From the sequence record NC_061442.1: a DNA stretch of 64,000 nucleotides. One strand, 5' to 3'. Shown here in pieces: positions 1 to 9,035 of this stretch (its first letter is position 1; the number at the start of each line of letters is the position of its first letter). The notes under the pieces are model-generated. The model was not told the origin of the DNA. It searched no databases and saw only the letters and a list, made by a program, of their open reading frames with translations. Both the position numbers and the translations under genes were made by a program.

Positions 1-978
1 ATCTTTCAGCGTCATACGCACTTCTTTTATTAGATTCATCGGAGCGTTGTCTGGGTCCAGTTTAATCAGCTTACCATCTTCGTCATACTCACGAGGAAGT
101 TTAAAGTGCTTGACAGGTACTGGAGAGTTCTTTTCAAACTCCGCTTTGATTTTATTACGCAGCAACTTCCCGCCTCCATCATTGTCTGTCATTGTGTAGA
201 CGACACTAACCCCTAACATCTCAAGCGTTCTGCGTTTCGTTTCCCCAAACTGCTCTGCACCGAGTACAGCCAACGCAGGAATCCCGTAAGACAATAAAGC
301 AAGCGCATCACGAGGACCTTCAACAAGAACGATATATCGCAACTTGTATTTCTTCAAACACTCTTTGACTAGAGGTAGTGGGAACAAGCCTTTCTCTTTT
401 GCCCAGTCACCATTCGAGTTCACATAGCTGGTGCCGTTCATTTGCTTACGCAGATACGCAGCGATACCACCTATATATTTCGAACCATGCTTACATGGGA
501 AAAAGCACACGTTCGTGCCTTGACGTTGTGCGTTCAGCAATCCACCAGCAGCTTGGACAAGCGCTCCAGGATAACCACGCCACTCAACATCTACTGGCCA
601 CTCCATGTAGCTGTTTCTGCCGAGAGCTTTCATCAACAAACCGACAGACGGGTACGTACCAATCTTCGTGCTGATTTGCTCATACGTTTTGAACAACGCA
701 CTCAGGCTGTTTGTGTTCGCGTCTTTAAGCGCCCAGCCTTTAATTTCCTGTAGCTTTGCGTGTGCCGCTAATTTGTTCCAACCACCCTTCTCTCCACAGC
801 CGAAGCAGTGAAAGAAGCCGAGTGGTATCTCCATACCAACAGAAGTGTAAATACCACAACTAGGAGTCTTATCGCTGTGGAACGGACAGCACACCATAAC
901 AGTGTCACCGTTGTATTTCTTGTCGCCCGGCAATTTGCCTATTTCGTCAAGTATTATTTGATGAACATCTTCTGCCAT
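1..978 (-). CDS. DNA primase (DnaG-type, CHC2 zinc finger + TOPRIM), 3' end runs off the window
   Basis: Manual translation of the reverse strand from ATG at 978 is open to base 1 (326 codons): MAEDVHQII...CCPFHSDKTPSC...FHCFGCGEKG (zinc-binding domain), VLVEGPRDALALLSYGIPALAVLG and YTMTDNDGGG (TOPRIM E and DxD). Absent from the ORF track because it has no stop in the window. Confidence 0.92.
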   Translation of the reverse strand, partial: MAEDVHQIILDEIGKLPGDKKYNGDTVMVCCPFHSDKTPSCGIYTSVGMEIPLGFFHCFGCGEKGGWNKLAAHAKLQEIKGWALKDANTNSLSALFKTYEQISTKIGTYPSVGLLMKALGRNSYMEWPVDVEWRGYPGALVQAAGGLLNAQRQGTNVCFFPCKHGSKYIGGIAAYLRKQMNGTSYVNSNGDWAKEKGLFPLPLVKECLKKYKLRYIVLVEGPRDALALLSYGIPALAVLGAEQFGETKRRTLEMLGVSVVYTMTDNDGGGKLLRNKIKAEFEKNSPVPVKHFKLPREYDEDGKLIKLDPDNAPMNLIKEVRMTLKD

Positions 979-1041
979 ACCATCACCTGTTTGTTTCGTA
1001 ATTTGAGCATATAAGCATATTTACAGAAAAAGGACAATAGA

Positions 1042-1374
1042 ATGGGCAATCCACATCGTTACGTGCATACGGCACAACGTCGTTACTACGGCAAACACTG
1101 GATTGGCTTTTGCGATCTGATTCGCGTCGAGCCTCAAACTTACGGAGCATTCGACAAGCAGGACGATATGATTGGCCTGTCGCTCCCACGTAATTTTGAC
1201 GTAGACGCTGCAACAAAGAGTCTGCGCTTGATTTACACCACGAATGACGAGAACGTAGAAGTACGCTGCTACCTGTTTGGTACTCGCTACTATAGGTTCG
1301 TATTCTTCGAGCAAACCATTGCCGTTAGCGAGGACTCCAATGAGAACGTTAGCAAACATACCAGCGCGAGCTAA
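1042..1374 (+). CDS. hypothetical protein
   Basis: 110-aa ORF divergent from the primase; overlaps the next start. Confidence 0.6.
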   Translation: MGNPHRYVHTAQRRYYGKHWIGFCDLIRVEPQTYGAFDKQDDMIGLSLPRNFDVDAATKSLRLIYTTNDENVEVRCYLFGTRYYRFVFFEQTIAVSEDSNENVSKHTSAS

Positions 1375-2425
1375 TGACACGCGCAATCTGTCTCGCATCG
1401 GTAAAATGATTGACGCTGCTCTTGACGTAAAGAACCAAGAGAAGCGTTGGCCGAAGAAGCGAGTCAGTCCATCTATGTTCCCTATCTGCCCTATTCAAGA
1501 GGCAGCCAAACTTATTTACCAGAAGCATAACAACTGCATGACCGGTGAGTCAGGTACGTTGCTGAACATCTTTGCGAAAGCAGGGACCGGGATGCACGAA
1601 TCATTGCAGAATGCTTTGGGTCATAGTGGTCAGATGGTTGGTCACTGGAAATGTACGAACGATAAATGCGTTGAGTTCCCAAAGACTAAAGGTAAGATGG
1701 TCGATGGTGAGTACGTCAAAGGCAAATACACGCGAACTCGAAGCACGAACAATCGTTGTCCATCGTGCGATAAACCCATGGCTTACGCAGAACTCAAAGT
1801 CCTGTACAAGTCACTCAAGGGATATGTCGATGGCCTGATTGATAATCTGGACGGTACGTACAGCCTGATAGATTTGAAATCGACTATGGTGACCAAAGCT
1901 GCTGATGGATCTTTCTTCGTTAAGTATCACCGCTTCCAGATTGCGACATACGCATACCTGCTGAAAAAGCGTTACGGCTATAACATCGTTGATTATACTC
2001 TGGTCTATGTTCCACGAGACAACCCTAAAAAGTTTGTCGAGAAGACCTTTGTCTTTGACGAGGCTGAGTCCAAGCGCGCCAAAGACTTTATGATGGAACA
2101 AATACGCGCATGGGATGCTGCGGTAAAATCGGTACGCACAGGTGACTTGCTGCCCGCTATTAAGCGGAAGCCTTGCAAGAGTGCCGAGTATTATTGGGAC
2201 GAGTTCCATGGATATGATACATGCCCTTTTGTTGACTATTGCTTTATTCAATCACACATGATTGACTTCATGAAGAAGTTAGAGCAGCGAATCATGGCCA
2301 ACCCCGAGCTGACTTATATGGAAATCGTAAGCACAGGTCGGAAAACTCAACAACAAGGTCTGCTACCGGACAAGCCTAAGAAGTCTGGCCGTCCGAAGCA
2401 TATCGTAAAAACATTTGAGCTATGA
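1340..2425 (+). CDS. Cas4-like PD-(D/E)xK exonuclease with probable Fe-S cluster and zinc-ribbon insert
   Basis: PSMFPICP (N-terminal Cys), GTGMHE, GYVDGL...LIDLKS, QIATYAYLL, C-terminal CKSAEYY...CPFVDYC; insert WKCTNDKC...CPSC. Start moved to ATG 1340 after GAGGA. Confidence 0.82.
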   Translation: MRTLANIPARANDTRNLSRIGKMIDAALDVKNQEKRWPKKRVSPSMFPICPIQEAAKLIYQKHNNCMTGESGTLLNIFAKAGTGMHESLQNALGHSGQMVGHWKCTNDKCVEFPKTKGKMVDGEYVKGKYTRTRSTNNRCPSCDKPMAYAELKVLYKSLKGYVDGLIDNLDGTYSLIDLKSTMVTKAADGSFFVKYHRFQIATYAYLLKKRYGYNIVDYTLVYVPRDNPKKFVEKTFVFDEAESKRAKDFMMEQIRAWDAAVKSVRTGDLLPAIKRKPCKSAEYYWDEFHGYDTCPFVDYCFIQSHMIDFMKKLEQRIMANPELTYMEIVSTGRKTQQQGLLPDKPKKSGRPKHIVKTFEL

Positions 2426-2832
2426 GCATACAAAGAGATTATGAACGTTCCCTGCGCCGACTTAAGGAGTCTGTCTATCGCAAAGAGCAACTCGGTTATG
2501 TAGTCCCGAGATGCGTTGATGTTGTTCTCTCGAAATTGAGATCGCCAGAGCACGTAGTATCGAGGAAATATTTGGTCATGCTGATGTTGTTTAGTCAGAC
2601 GTGCGAACAACTCGGTACCGCGCTTGCTCTACGCGAACAACTTGTGGTCAAGATGGCTATCCTTAGTCGCAAGCATCCAACGCCGGACATTCAGCGTAAA
2701 ATTAGACGCCTTGAAGAACTGGTAATAAGTCAGGACAGAAACATCGAGAGCCATCGTCTGCTTCTCGACTATCGTGCCAGCGTGTTGATTGATATACTCG
2801 ACGGCAAAGAACCTAATTCACGTTACACTTGA
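2422..2832 (+). CDS. hypothetical protein
   Basis: ATGA overlap with the upstream stop. Confidence 0.7.
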   Translation: MSIQRDYERSLRRLKESVYRKEQLGYVVPRCVDVVLSKLRSPEHVVSRKYLVMLMLFSQTCEQLGTALALREQLVVKMAILSRKHPTPDIQRKIRRLEELVISQDRNIESHRLLLDYRASVLIDILDGKEPNSRYT

Positions 2833-2839
2833 GGTACTT

Positions 2840-3319
2840 ATGGAAATGTATGTAAGCCTGAGTCAGGACAGTACGGATAAGAACCGTAGCAAGGTCACCA
2901 GCCCTGAATCAAACACCGGCCGAGTCGATGTGTCAGAATACGCATCTCTGGAAAAGAAACTGCGTCTGACAGATGAAGCCAAAGACAAAGAGAAGTTAGC
3001 TCAAAAGGCTGGTGGCGGGGATTCTGTAAAGGGTAAGAAAGGCGCGAAGAAAAGTAGCGCAGAACCCAAGGATGACGACACTGATACGGACGAAGACCCT
3101 ACATTAGATGATGAAGGTGACGCAGATGATTCAGATGACTCTTCCGATACAGATGGAGACGACTCCGATGGAGACTCTAAAGCTAAGAAGTCAGGAAAGA
3201 AATCTGACAAGTCTGGAGCAAAAGACTCAGCGGACGCAGAAGACCCTGACGCAGACGAACCCGAAAGTGATGACGGGGATGCAGATGTTGAAGGCGCTGA
3301 TGACGAGGACCTCGAATAA
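2840..3319 (+). CDS. Asp/Lys-rich low-complexity protein
   Basis: GAGGT SD; long D-rich and K-rich blocks. Confidence 0.75.
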   Translation: MEMYVSLSQDSTDKNRSKVTSPESNTGRVDVSEYASLEKKLRLTDEAKDKEKLAQKAGGGDSVKGKKGAKKSSAEPKDDDTDTDEDPTLDDEGDADDSDDSSDTDGDDSDGDSKAKKSGKKSDKSGAKDSADAEDPDADEPESDDGDADVEGADDEDLE

Positions 3320-3860
3320 CGATCCTGTCGATGTACCTAAGACTCATGACGCGATGATTGATATTCTGATCGCTATTCGCTATATGTGCACCAAGCGTAT
3401 GATCTTCCCTGTCGTAGTCGCGGCCATCGAACGGCGTAACGACTATCTGGTCATGAACAAGCTGACCTTCAACATGAAGCCTGGCAAGTTCCTGTCTGCT
3501 GTTCAGGATAGCAACTGTGAAGTGAACGTGTGTTGGCTTATGCGAGCCTTCACACGTACCGCTCTGCACTTTGACCTGAAACCTGTGATTGCTGATCGCA
3601 GTGGTGAATTTCAGCCGCTAGTTAGCCGTTACTTCACTCAGGATGATCCTGACTTCGCCTATCGTCGTCATTACGACATTCGCTACATGACTGCACTTAC
3701 TGATATCCGTAAGCCGCGCATGTATCTGCTTAATGGAGTTAATTATGGCGTACAAGTCACTCGCCAAGAAACCGAAGAAGTCGAAAGCTGCGAAAGAAGC
3801 CGAGACTCGGAACAAGGCGCACAAGCAAGCTCGCCGTGGGAAGCTCGGTCAGGCTGTTAA
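3300..3860 (+). CDS. hypothetical protein
   Basis: Globular-looking portion of ORF 3108-3860; start uncertain. Confidence 0.6.
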   Translation: MTRTSNNDPVDVPKTHDAMIDILIAIRYMCTKRMIFPVVVAAIERRNDYLVMNKLTFNMKPGKFLSAVQDSNCEVNVCWLMRAFTRTALHFDLKPVIADRSGEFQPLVSRYFTQDDPDFAYRRHYDIRYMTALTDIRKPRMYLLNGVNYGVQVTRQETEEVESCERSRDSEQGAQASSPWEARSGC

Positions 3861-4401
3861 GACCCTCAGCGCTGCCTCGAAGAAATCCCGCCGCATGACA
3901 AAAGGTGAGAAACGTGCAATTCAATTGCAGCCGTTCAAACCTCAAGTCGTACCGCAGCCTCCTAAAACTCCTTTGATGGAGAAAGGCCTTTCTTTAACTG
4001 CGCTGATCAAATCAACGCCACGTTTGATGAAAGAGAACGCTATGGAATGTTATGTCAATAGCGTTAAGCGCGGTAAGACGAACAAAGGTCTGCCCATGAT
4101 TATGGCAAACGTTCGTCACAAAGATCCACTGCGTCCTAATAAAACAGTGCGCATTCACAAGCCGATGATTATCGGTCTGGATGACCCGTTCAAGCCTATA
4201 TCAAAACAAAAGCGTGTACTGGTCAGTTGTCCCTGCGAGAACTTCGTGTTCATGTGGGAGTATGCGAACACCGAACACGGTGCTGCGCGAATCATTTACG
4301 GTAACGGCGAGCCGCCAGACTTCACTAACCCAGGTCACGCGCCAGGTCTGTGTAAGCACCTGATGGCTTTAGCCGATCAAGTCAAACGAAACGGAGATTA
4401 A
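3745..4401 (+). CDS. SWIM-type zinc finger protein with basic N-terminus
   Basis: VSCPCENF...GLCKHL (CxC...CxH); GGAG SD before ATG 3745. Confidence 0.75.
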   Translation: MAYKSLAKKPKKSKAAKEAETRNKAHKQARRGKLGQAVKTLSAASKKSRRMTKGEKRAIQLQPFKPQVVPQPPKTPLMEKGLSLTALIKSTPRLMKENAMECYVNSVKRGKTNKGLPMIMANVRHKDPLRPNKTVRIHKPMIIGLDDPFKPISKQKRVLVSCPCENFVFMWEYANTEHGAARIIYGNGEPPDFTNPGHAPGLCKHLMALADQVKRNGD

Positions 4402-4406
4402 TCCGA

Positions 4407-4688
4407 ATGTTCTTTAACAACCCTGCTCCGGGAGTAATCCCGAACTACCCGATTGTTCACTCTATCCATGAGATGAATCGTCGTGTTGCGGAACTCAACG
4501 GCGAACTGATTGCCGCTGGTTGCACCATCGTTCAGAACTGTGGCGACATGCTGATTGAAGTACCTGCGGGTGCTGCTGCAAAAGTTGACGATATCATCCA
4601 GCGGCACGTTGATATGTTCAATGGTCCTGTTGTGAGTAAGCCTGCTCGTTTGCAGATTGGAGGCGAAGATGCAGAAGCAGAAGTTTAA
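4407..4688 (+). CDS. hypothetical protein
   Basis: Co-oriented, tightly packed ORF. Confidence 0.65.
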   Translation: MFFNNPAPGVIPNYPIVHSIHEMNRRVAELNGELIAAGCTIVQNCGDMLIEVPAGAAAKVDDIIQRHVDMFNGPVVSKPARLQIGGEDAEAEV

Positions 4689-5097
4689 TCCTGAAACGCA
4701 TAGCGTGTCGCTGCACTTCGGTCAGCACATTGTTCATGGCCATGCGCAAGAAAGCGCGTTTGGTGATATCATGCAGACGTTGTTGCTGCGTGAGATCAGT
4801 CGTACCACCAAAGACGTTATGGAGCAGTTTTCAGGTATTGCAGTTGCTCCTCCTGCCATTGAGTGTAAAACAACTGATGCAAGTTCGATCATGAGCGCAC
4901 TCAAGCAGTGGCAGGAAATCATCAATGCCCAGGAACCTCAGAAAGAGTTCGAGCCATGCTCTATCCCAGACTGGATGCGTCCTGGTCTGAAAGAGAAGGG
5001 AATGACAGAGGAAGAGATCGATAAGATCTTGATCACTGGCATAGAGCCTTCGTGGGGCGATAGTCCTGGCGTCATTTTCAAAACAGTCACCATCTAA
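4669..5097 (+). CDS. hypothetical protein
   Basis: GGAGG SD; stop overlaps the next ATG. Confidence 0.65.
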   Translation: MQKQKFNPETHSVSLHFGQHIVHGHAQESAFGDIMQTLLLREISRTTKDVMEQFSGIAVAPPAIECKTTDASSIMSALKQWQEIINAQEPQKEFEPCSIPDWMRPGLKEKGMTEEEIDKILITGIEPSWGDSPGVIFKTVTI

Positions 5098-5312
5098 TGG
5101 GGTGTGCTGGCTGTGGCCGTCGTAGCTCGCGCATTAGTTACAACGGCAGCTCTGCTCCTCAGACAGTAATCGAAGAGGACGATACGTTAAGCGCTGCGCG
5201 TTTGACACCTCACGGCTGGGTACGCACCTGCGTTAAGTGTGGTGCTGTCTCCGAGCCTTCATCTTTTGCAGAGAACATAGAGAAACCGTGTGACTGCAAA
5301 ACAGACGAGTGA
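5097..5312 (+). CDS. small Cys-rich putative zinc-binding protein
   Basis: MGCAGCG, CVKCG, PCDC; TAATG coupling. Confidence 0.65.
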   Translation: MGCAGCGRRSSRISYNGSSAPQTVIEEDDTLSAARLTPHGWVRTCVKCGAVSEPSSFAENIEKPCDCKTDE

Positions 5313-6541
5313 TCATGATGAACAATCTCGTTGGTACCGCTGTAGCTTTAGACCATTGTCGCTTCTATGCGGAGAACATGGTAAACATTCAATTCGAGCA
5401 GCCTCTAGCCGCTATTCCGCCTGAACCTCCGTATAACGAACCGATTAACCCTCGCGTTCTGCATTCTCTGATTGACGGCATCCAGACTGCGTTCGACAAT
5501 GCAATCAGTCGCACTGATCTGCAATTCCCTTACGCGCCGATTCTGTATCGCTTCCGTTCTATCTACGGTGTGTACTGTAATCAGTATCTGGATGAAGCAT
5601 CGATCAAACGTGCTAAGTCCGATCGTCCTGCTTTACTTCCTGTATCGCAGCCTGTTCCAGTTCGTGTTGAAGACGAGCACGACAAAGAGTTTGCTTCACG
5701 TTTCCTCAAACACACTGCCGACCAAGTCAGTGCGTTCTTGTATATAGTGTGTCTCGACCAATACGCTCGTGAGCAAACAGACTGTTGGCTGCCAGCACCT
5801 CCGAGGCCATTCGATCTACCGAAGAACATTTTCAACGACAACCCTATCGCATTCACTGCTACGCACAATGTTTTGATCAATCACTTGATGGAAGCAATGT
5901 TGCAGACGCATAGCGATACGCTGGACATTCATGTGTCGTTGCGCGATTACGGCCTGTCAGTGTTGTTCCCGCTTGTGGCGGAGTGTCGCAATGTGATTTA
6001 CGCTGCATGGCCGATCACACGCGAATCGTTCCGTCAGCCTAAGTTCCGGGACAAAGGCGAACACGTAACGTTCGACGACTTCCCTGTTGATGATGACGAG
6101 GAAGAGTTCGAGCCGATTCCTACATTGGGACCTACGTTCGAACGTCAGGCTGAGTGGGTTACTGTAGCGACTGAAATTGCGCAGTCATTCAATCTGCAAG
6201 CGTTCGCAGATGATGGTGATTCTTCGTTCATCTTAAAGCCTGCGTTGTACCGTAGCGGTGAAGACTTCCTGTTCTGGTCTGAGGGCCAATTGACCGGCAG
6301 AAGTATTCTCGATATAGCCGTCAGCCCTATTAAGGGTCAAGCGTATCTTGATCTCGAAGTGCTGCTGCGTAGCGTGAGCGCAACAATTCGTGACCGCGCG
6401 GAGCAAAACGGTTGCCATGTTATCACGCGCTACATCGATCAGGAAGACCAGACCATCGGTGTACTGATTCGTGTTCGTCGTGACGTTGACTTCCCAGGCT
6501 CCGCTCTGGAAGTAGCATCTCATGTGGAGTACGCACAATGA
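5309..6541 (+). CDS. hypothetical protein (410 aa)
   Basis: Long coupled ORF. Confidence 0.75.
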   Translation: MIMMNNLVGTAVALDHCRFYAENMVNIQFEQPLAAIPPEPPYNEPINPRVLHSLIDGIQTAFDNAISRTDLQFPYAPILYRFRSIYGVYCNQYLDEASIKRAKSDRPALLPVSQPVPVRVEDEHDKEFASRFLKHTADQVSAFLYIVCLDQYAREQTDCWLPAPPRPFDLPKNIFNDNPIAFTATHNVLINHLMEAMLQTHSDTLDIHVSLRDYGLSVLFPLVAECRNVIYAAWPITRESFRQPKFRDKGEHVTFDDFPVDDDEEEFEPIPTLGPTFERQAEWVTVATEIAQSFNLQAFADDGDSSFILKPALYRSGEDFLFWSEGQLTGRSILDIAVSPIKGQAYLDLEVLLRSVSATIRDRAEQNGCHVITRYIDQEDQTIGVLIRVRRDVDFPGSALEVASHVEYAQ

Positions 6542-7062
6542 CAGACCAAGTAATCACTTTCGAAGATCAACAGAGCTGGGAAGACTTCGGCAGCGCGGTC
6601 TATGAAGAATTTCGTTTGAACACGATGACTGGCGCAAGCAGTGCTTCACAGGTACCAGAAGTAGGTCCGAACGAAGGCATTAAACACGCCATGACATATC
6701 ACAATATGTCAGAGAAGTCTGATAAAGTCGTGCTGGACATTCTTATCAACGAAGTCGCATTGGCCGAAGGTGAGTCGCGCAATTACGACGCCACCGGACT
6801 GGACGCTGCCGTGCGTAAAGTCGTAGCGCTCTACCAAGCGAGAGCGCGTGACCTCAAATGTCACATCACAGGCCAGTTCCTGACAGAAGAAAACAATGTG
6901 GAAGGTGCGCTGCTGCGTGTCTACCGCAACGATGACTTCCCATGTACTGGTCACCCTGAACTGCTGCTTGGCAAACCAATCGGCATGTACCACTGCGATA
7001 AGTGTCATGAGATGCAAGTCGCTGGTACATTCCATCTGCCGCTGGAGAATGACAATGGTTAA
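6538..7062 (+). CDS. hypothetical protein with C-terminal Cys/His cluster
   Basis: ATGA overlap; FPCTGH...YHCDKCH. Confidence 0.7.
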   Translation: MTDQVITFEDQQSWEDFGSAVYEEFRLNTMTGASSASQVPEVGPNEGIKHAMTYHNMSEKSDKVVLDILINEVALAEGESRNYDATGLDAAVRKVVALYQARARDLKCHITGQFLTEENNVEGALLRVYRNDDFPCTGHPELLLGKPIGMYHCDKCHEMQVAGTFHLPLENDNG

Positions 7063-7522
7063 AGGTGGGTTATGGCGTGTCTTCCCTGACTATGACTCGG
7101 AAGAGATGCTGATGAAGCTCGGTGCCGCTATCGGCATTGAGCACGACGAAGACGATGTGCCTGGTGAGTTGCACGTTACTCTTGCCTACGACGAATCGAA
7201 TCCCGACGTTAAGGCAGAGCAAAACGATGCAGGCCAGTTCTTCGCAGTCGTTAAAGAAGCAACGTTGTTCGGTGAAGGGCAGGATAAGATTCTGGTACTC
7301 GTACTTGAATCGCCTGACCTGTGTGCGGAACATGAACGCATCCACGCCTGTGGTGCCGCTAAGTGGTCGCACCCAACGTATCACCCGCATGTTACGTTGT
7401 TAAAGCAGGCCCGTGATAGTCAGGCTGAACATCTCAATCAGATCATTCAGCACCCAGGCCGTCCTCCTATTACTCTGCGTTTCATCGAAGAAGATCGTAA
7501 GGTGCTGGAGAAGCGTAACTAA
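7055..7522 (+). CDS. 2H phosphoesterase, Acb1/T4 gp57B-like (candidate anti-CBASS nuclease)
   Basis: Two HxT motifs (LHVTLAY, YHPHVTLL), 155 aa, and LVLVLESPDLCAEH...CGA...YHPHVTL, which matches the Acb1 pattern as recalled. Confidence 0.8.
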   Translation: MVKGGLWRVFPDYDSEEMLMKLGAAIGIEHDEDDVPGELHVTLAYDESNPDVKAEQNDAGQFFAVVKEATLFGEGQDKILVLVLESPDLCAEHERIHACGAAKWSHPTYHPHVTLLKQARDSQAEHLNQIIQHPGRPPITLRFIEEDRKVLEKRN

Positions 7523-7573
7523 ATCCTAGCGGTGGCCATGTGCTGCCGCTTTTGTCATTCTGGAGATATTTCT

Positions 7574-7903
7574 ATGAAAATGGTCGTAAGCCTAAGCCAC
7601 GAAATTCGCGTAGAGAAGCAGGACAATGCTGCTAATGAAGCGCAGACTCAGGGCCCAACCGATGCGCAGCAAACAGCTCTCGATATCCAAGAGCGTGAGC
7701 GTATTGTAGAAGAATACGGAATTGACGCACCTAAGGACGAAGTGCAGGAGAAAGAGAAAGACCGCATTGAGCGTGAGCAGGAAAAGGAAGATGAAAAGCG
7801 CACCAAACCACCAGCAGATTTAGGTCAGCATAAGTCTATTGAGGGCAAAGAACTTACGGCGACCGATATTCAAAATGAGCATGATCTCCTGACGAAGATC
7901 TAG
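7574..7903 (+). CDS. charged hypothetical protein
   Basis: GGAG SD before ATG 7574; E/K-rich. Confidence 0.65.
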   Translation: MKMVVSLSHEIRVEKQDNAANEAQTQGPTDAQQTALDIQERERIVEEYGIDAPKDEVQEKEKDRIEREQEKEDEKRTKPPADLGQHKSIEGKELTATDIQNEHDLLTKI

Positions 7904-7948
7904 GAATCTGTAAATAAGAGTCAAAGCAACTAACAGGTGTATTTGACC

Positions 7949-8986
7949 ATGAACAATAAGTCGAATCTCACAGGCGGTCAGATAGAAAGCGTCATGGACA
8001 CCATGTTACATGATTGCCTGTGTGAGATTGTGGAGAACACGGACATATTCGACGTCCAGCTTACCTACTTACTGGGTTTGGTTACGTCGAATAAGAAACG
8101 AAAGCCGTATAACGCTGAGACACGCGACCGGGCAATAAGCCTACTGATTAGAGCACTCTCTGTACCTCGTGATCAGAAGATGGTTTTCATCCGCGAACTT
8201 AAAATGGAGCGTAACTTCATTTACGTCTTCCTGGAAAATGTAATTAAACGGTACTACACGGCGTATGTTGGATTGTATCGCGCATTCATTACTACGCAGG
8301 ACCCAATCAAGCGTGTTGCGTATTCAAAAAGACTCGACGTGTATGTGAAAATGTTTGGCGCAGAGTCGCGCTCGAAGTTATTTGTCGCGCTCTGCCGTTT
8401 GAATGACCTACTGCCGCAGTTCATGGAATACTTCCACTCGGTAGTTGCTGACTTCTATCGTCTGTGCAGCAAGCAGACCAAGTTCTATGTTGATACCAAT
8501 CGTGGTAAACTCTACGATAGCAAAGACGTGCGCCAGAACTTCCTGCGCAACGTTATCATTGCAATCAACAAGTATGACTCGTCGCGTGGTGCTATAGTGA
8601 GTTATACGAAGTGGTGGATTCTGAACGCACAAACCTGTAGCAGTAGCGAGCACGAATACGGCATCGCGTACACTATTCCCCAGACTCAACGTAAGAAACT
8701 GGCGACAGGTGAAGATACCACTTCTCTGAATTTCTCGGTAAGTCTCGATACTCCAACGAACGAATCTGATGAAGGTGCGGACGCGTCCCTACATCAAAAG
8801 GTGAGTGACCATCATCACCTAGAAGATCACGTTGATAGTGAAAGACGTACTGAAAAACTGAGACTGCTTATCAAGCGCGTAGACCCTCTCGGTGTCGCTC
8901 GACTAACGATGGACGTTGGCGAGGAGTTCGATAAGTTTGAACTCGATCTCATGCGTAGACATATGCAAGCTCAAGGGCTAGCCTAA
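7949..8986 (+). CDS. phage sigma70-family RNA polymerase sigma factor
   Basis: Region 2-like DVRQNFLRNVIIAINKYDSSRGAIVSYTKWWILNA; region 3-like SVSLDTP; C-terminus stops before a region 4.2 HTH. Confidence 0.75.
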   Translation: MNNKSNLTGGQIESVMDTMLHDCLCEIVENTDIFDVQLTYLLGLVTSNKKRKPYNAETRDRAISLLIRALSVPRDQKMVFIRELKMERNFIYVFLENVIKRYYTAYVGLYRAFITTQDPIKRVAYSKRLDVYVKMFGAESRSKLFVALCRLNDLLPQFMEYFHSVVADFYRLCSKQTKFYVDTNRGKLYDSKDVRQNFLRNVIIAINKYDSSRGAIVSYTKWWILNAQTCSSSEHEYGIAYTIPQTQRKKLATGEDTTSLNFSVSLDTPTNESDEGADASLHQKVSDHHHLEDHVDSERRTEKLRLLIKRVDPLGVARLTMDVGEEFDKFELDLMRRHMQAQGLA

Positions 8987-9035
8987 AACTGTAAACAGTG
9001 CATATCATAGCACAACTCAATATTGAGGAAATATA

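Noticed and set aside
3720-3860. Programmed frameshift joining 3300-3860 with 3745-4401
   Set aside because: The second gene has its own GGAG SD and ATG, and no slippery heptamer was seen; a simple overlap explains it
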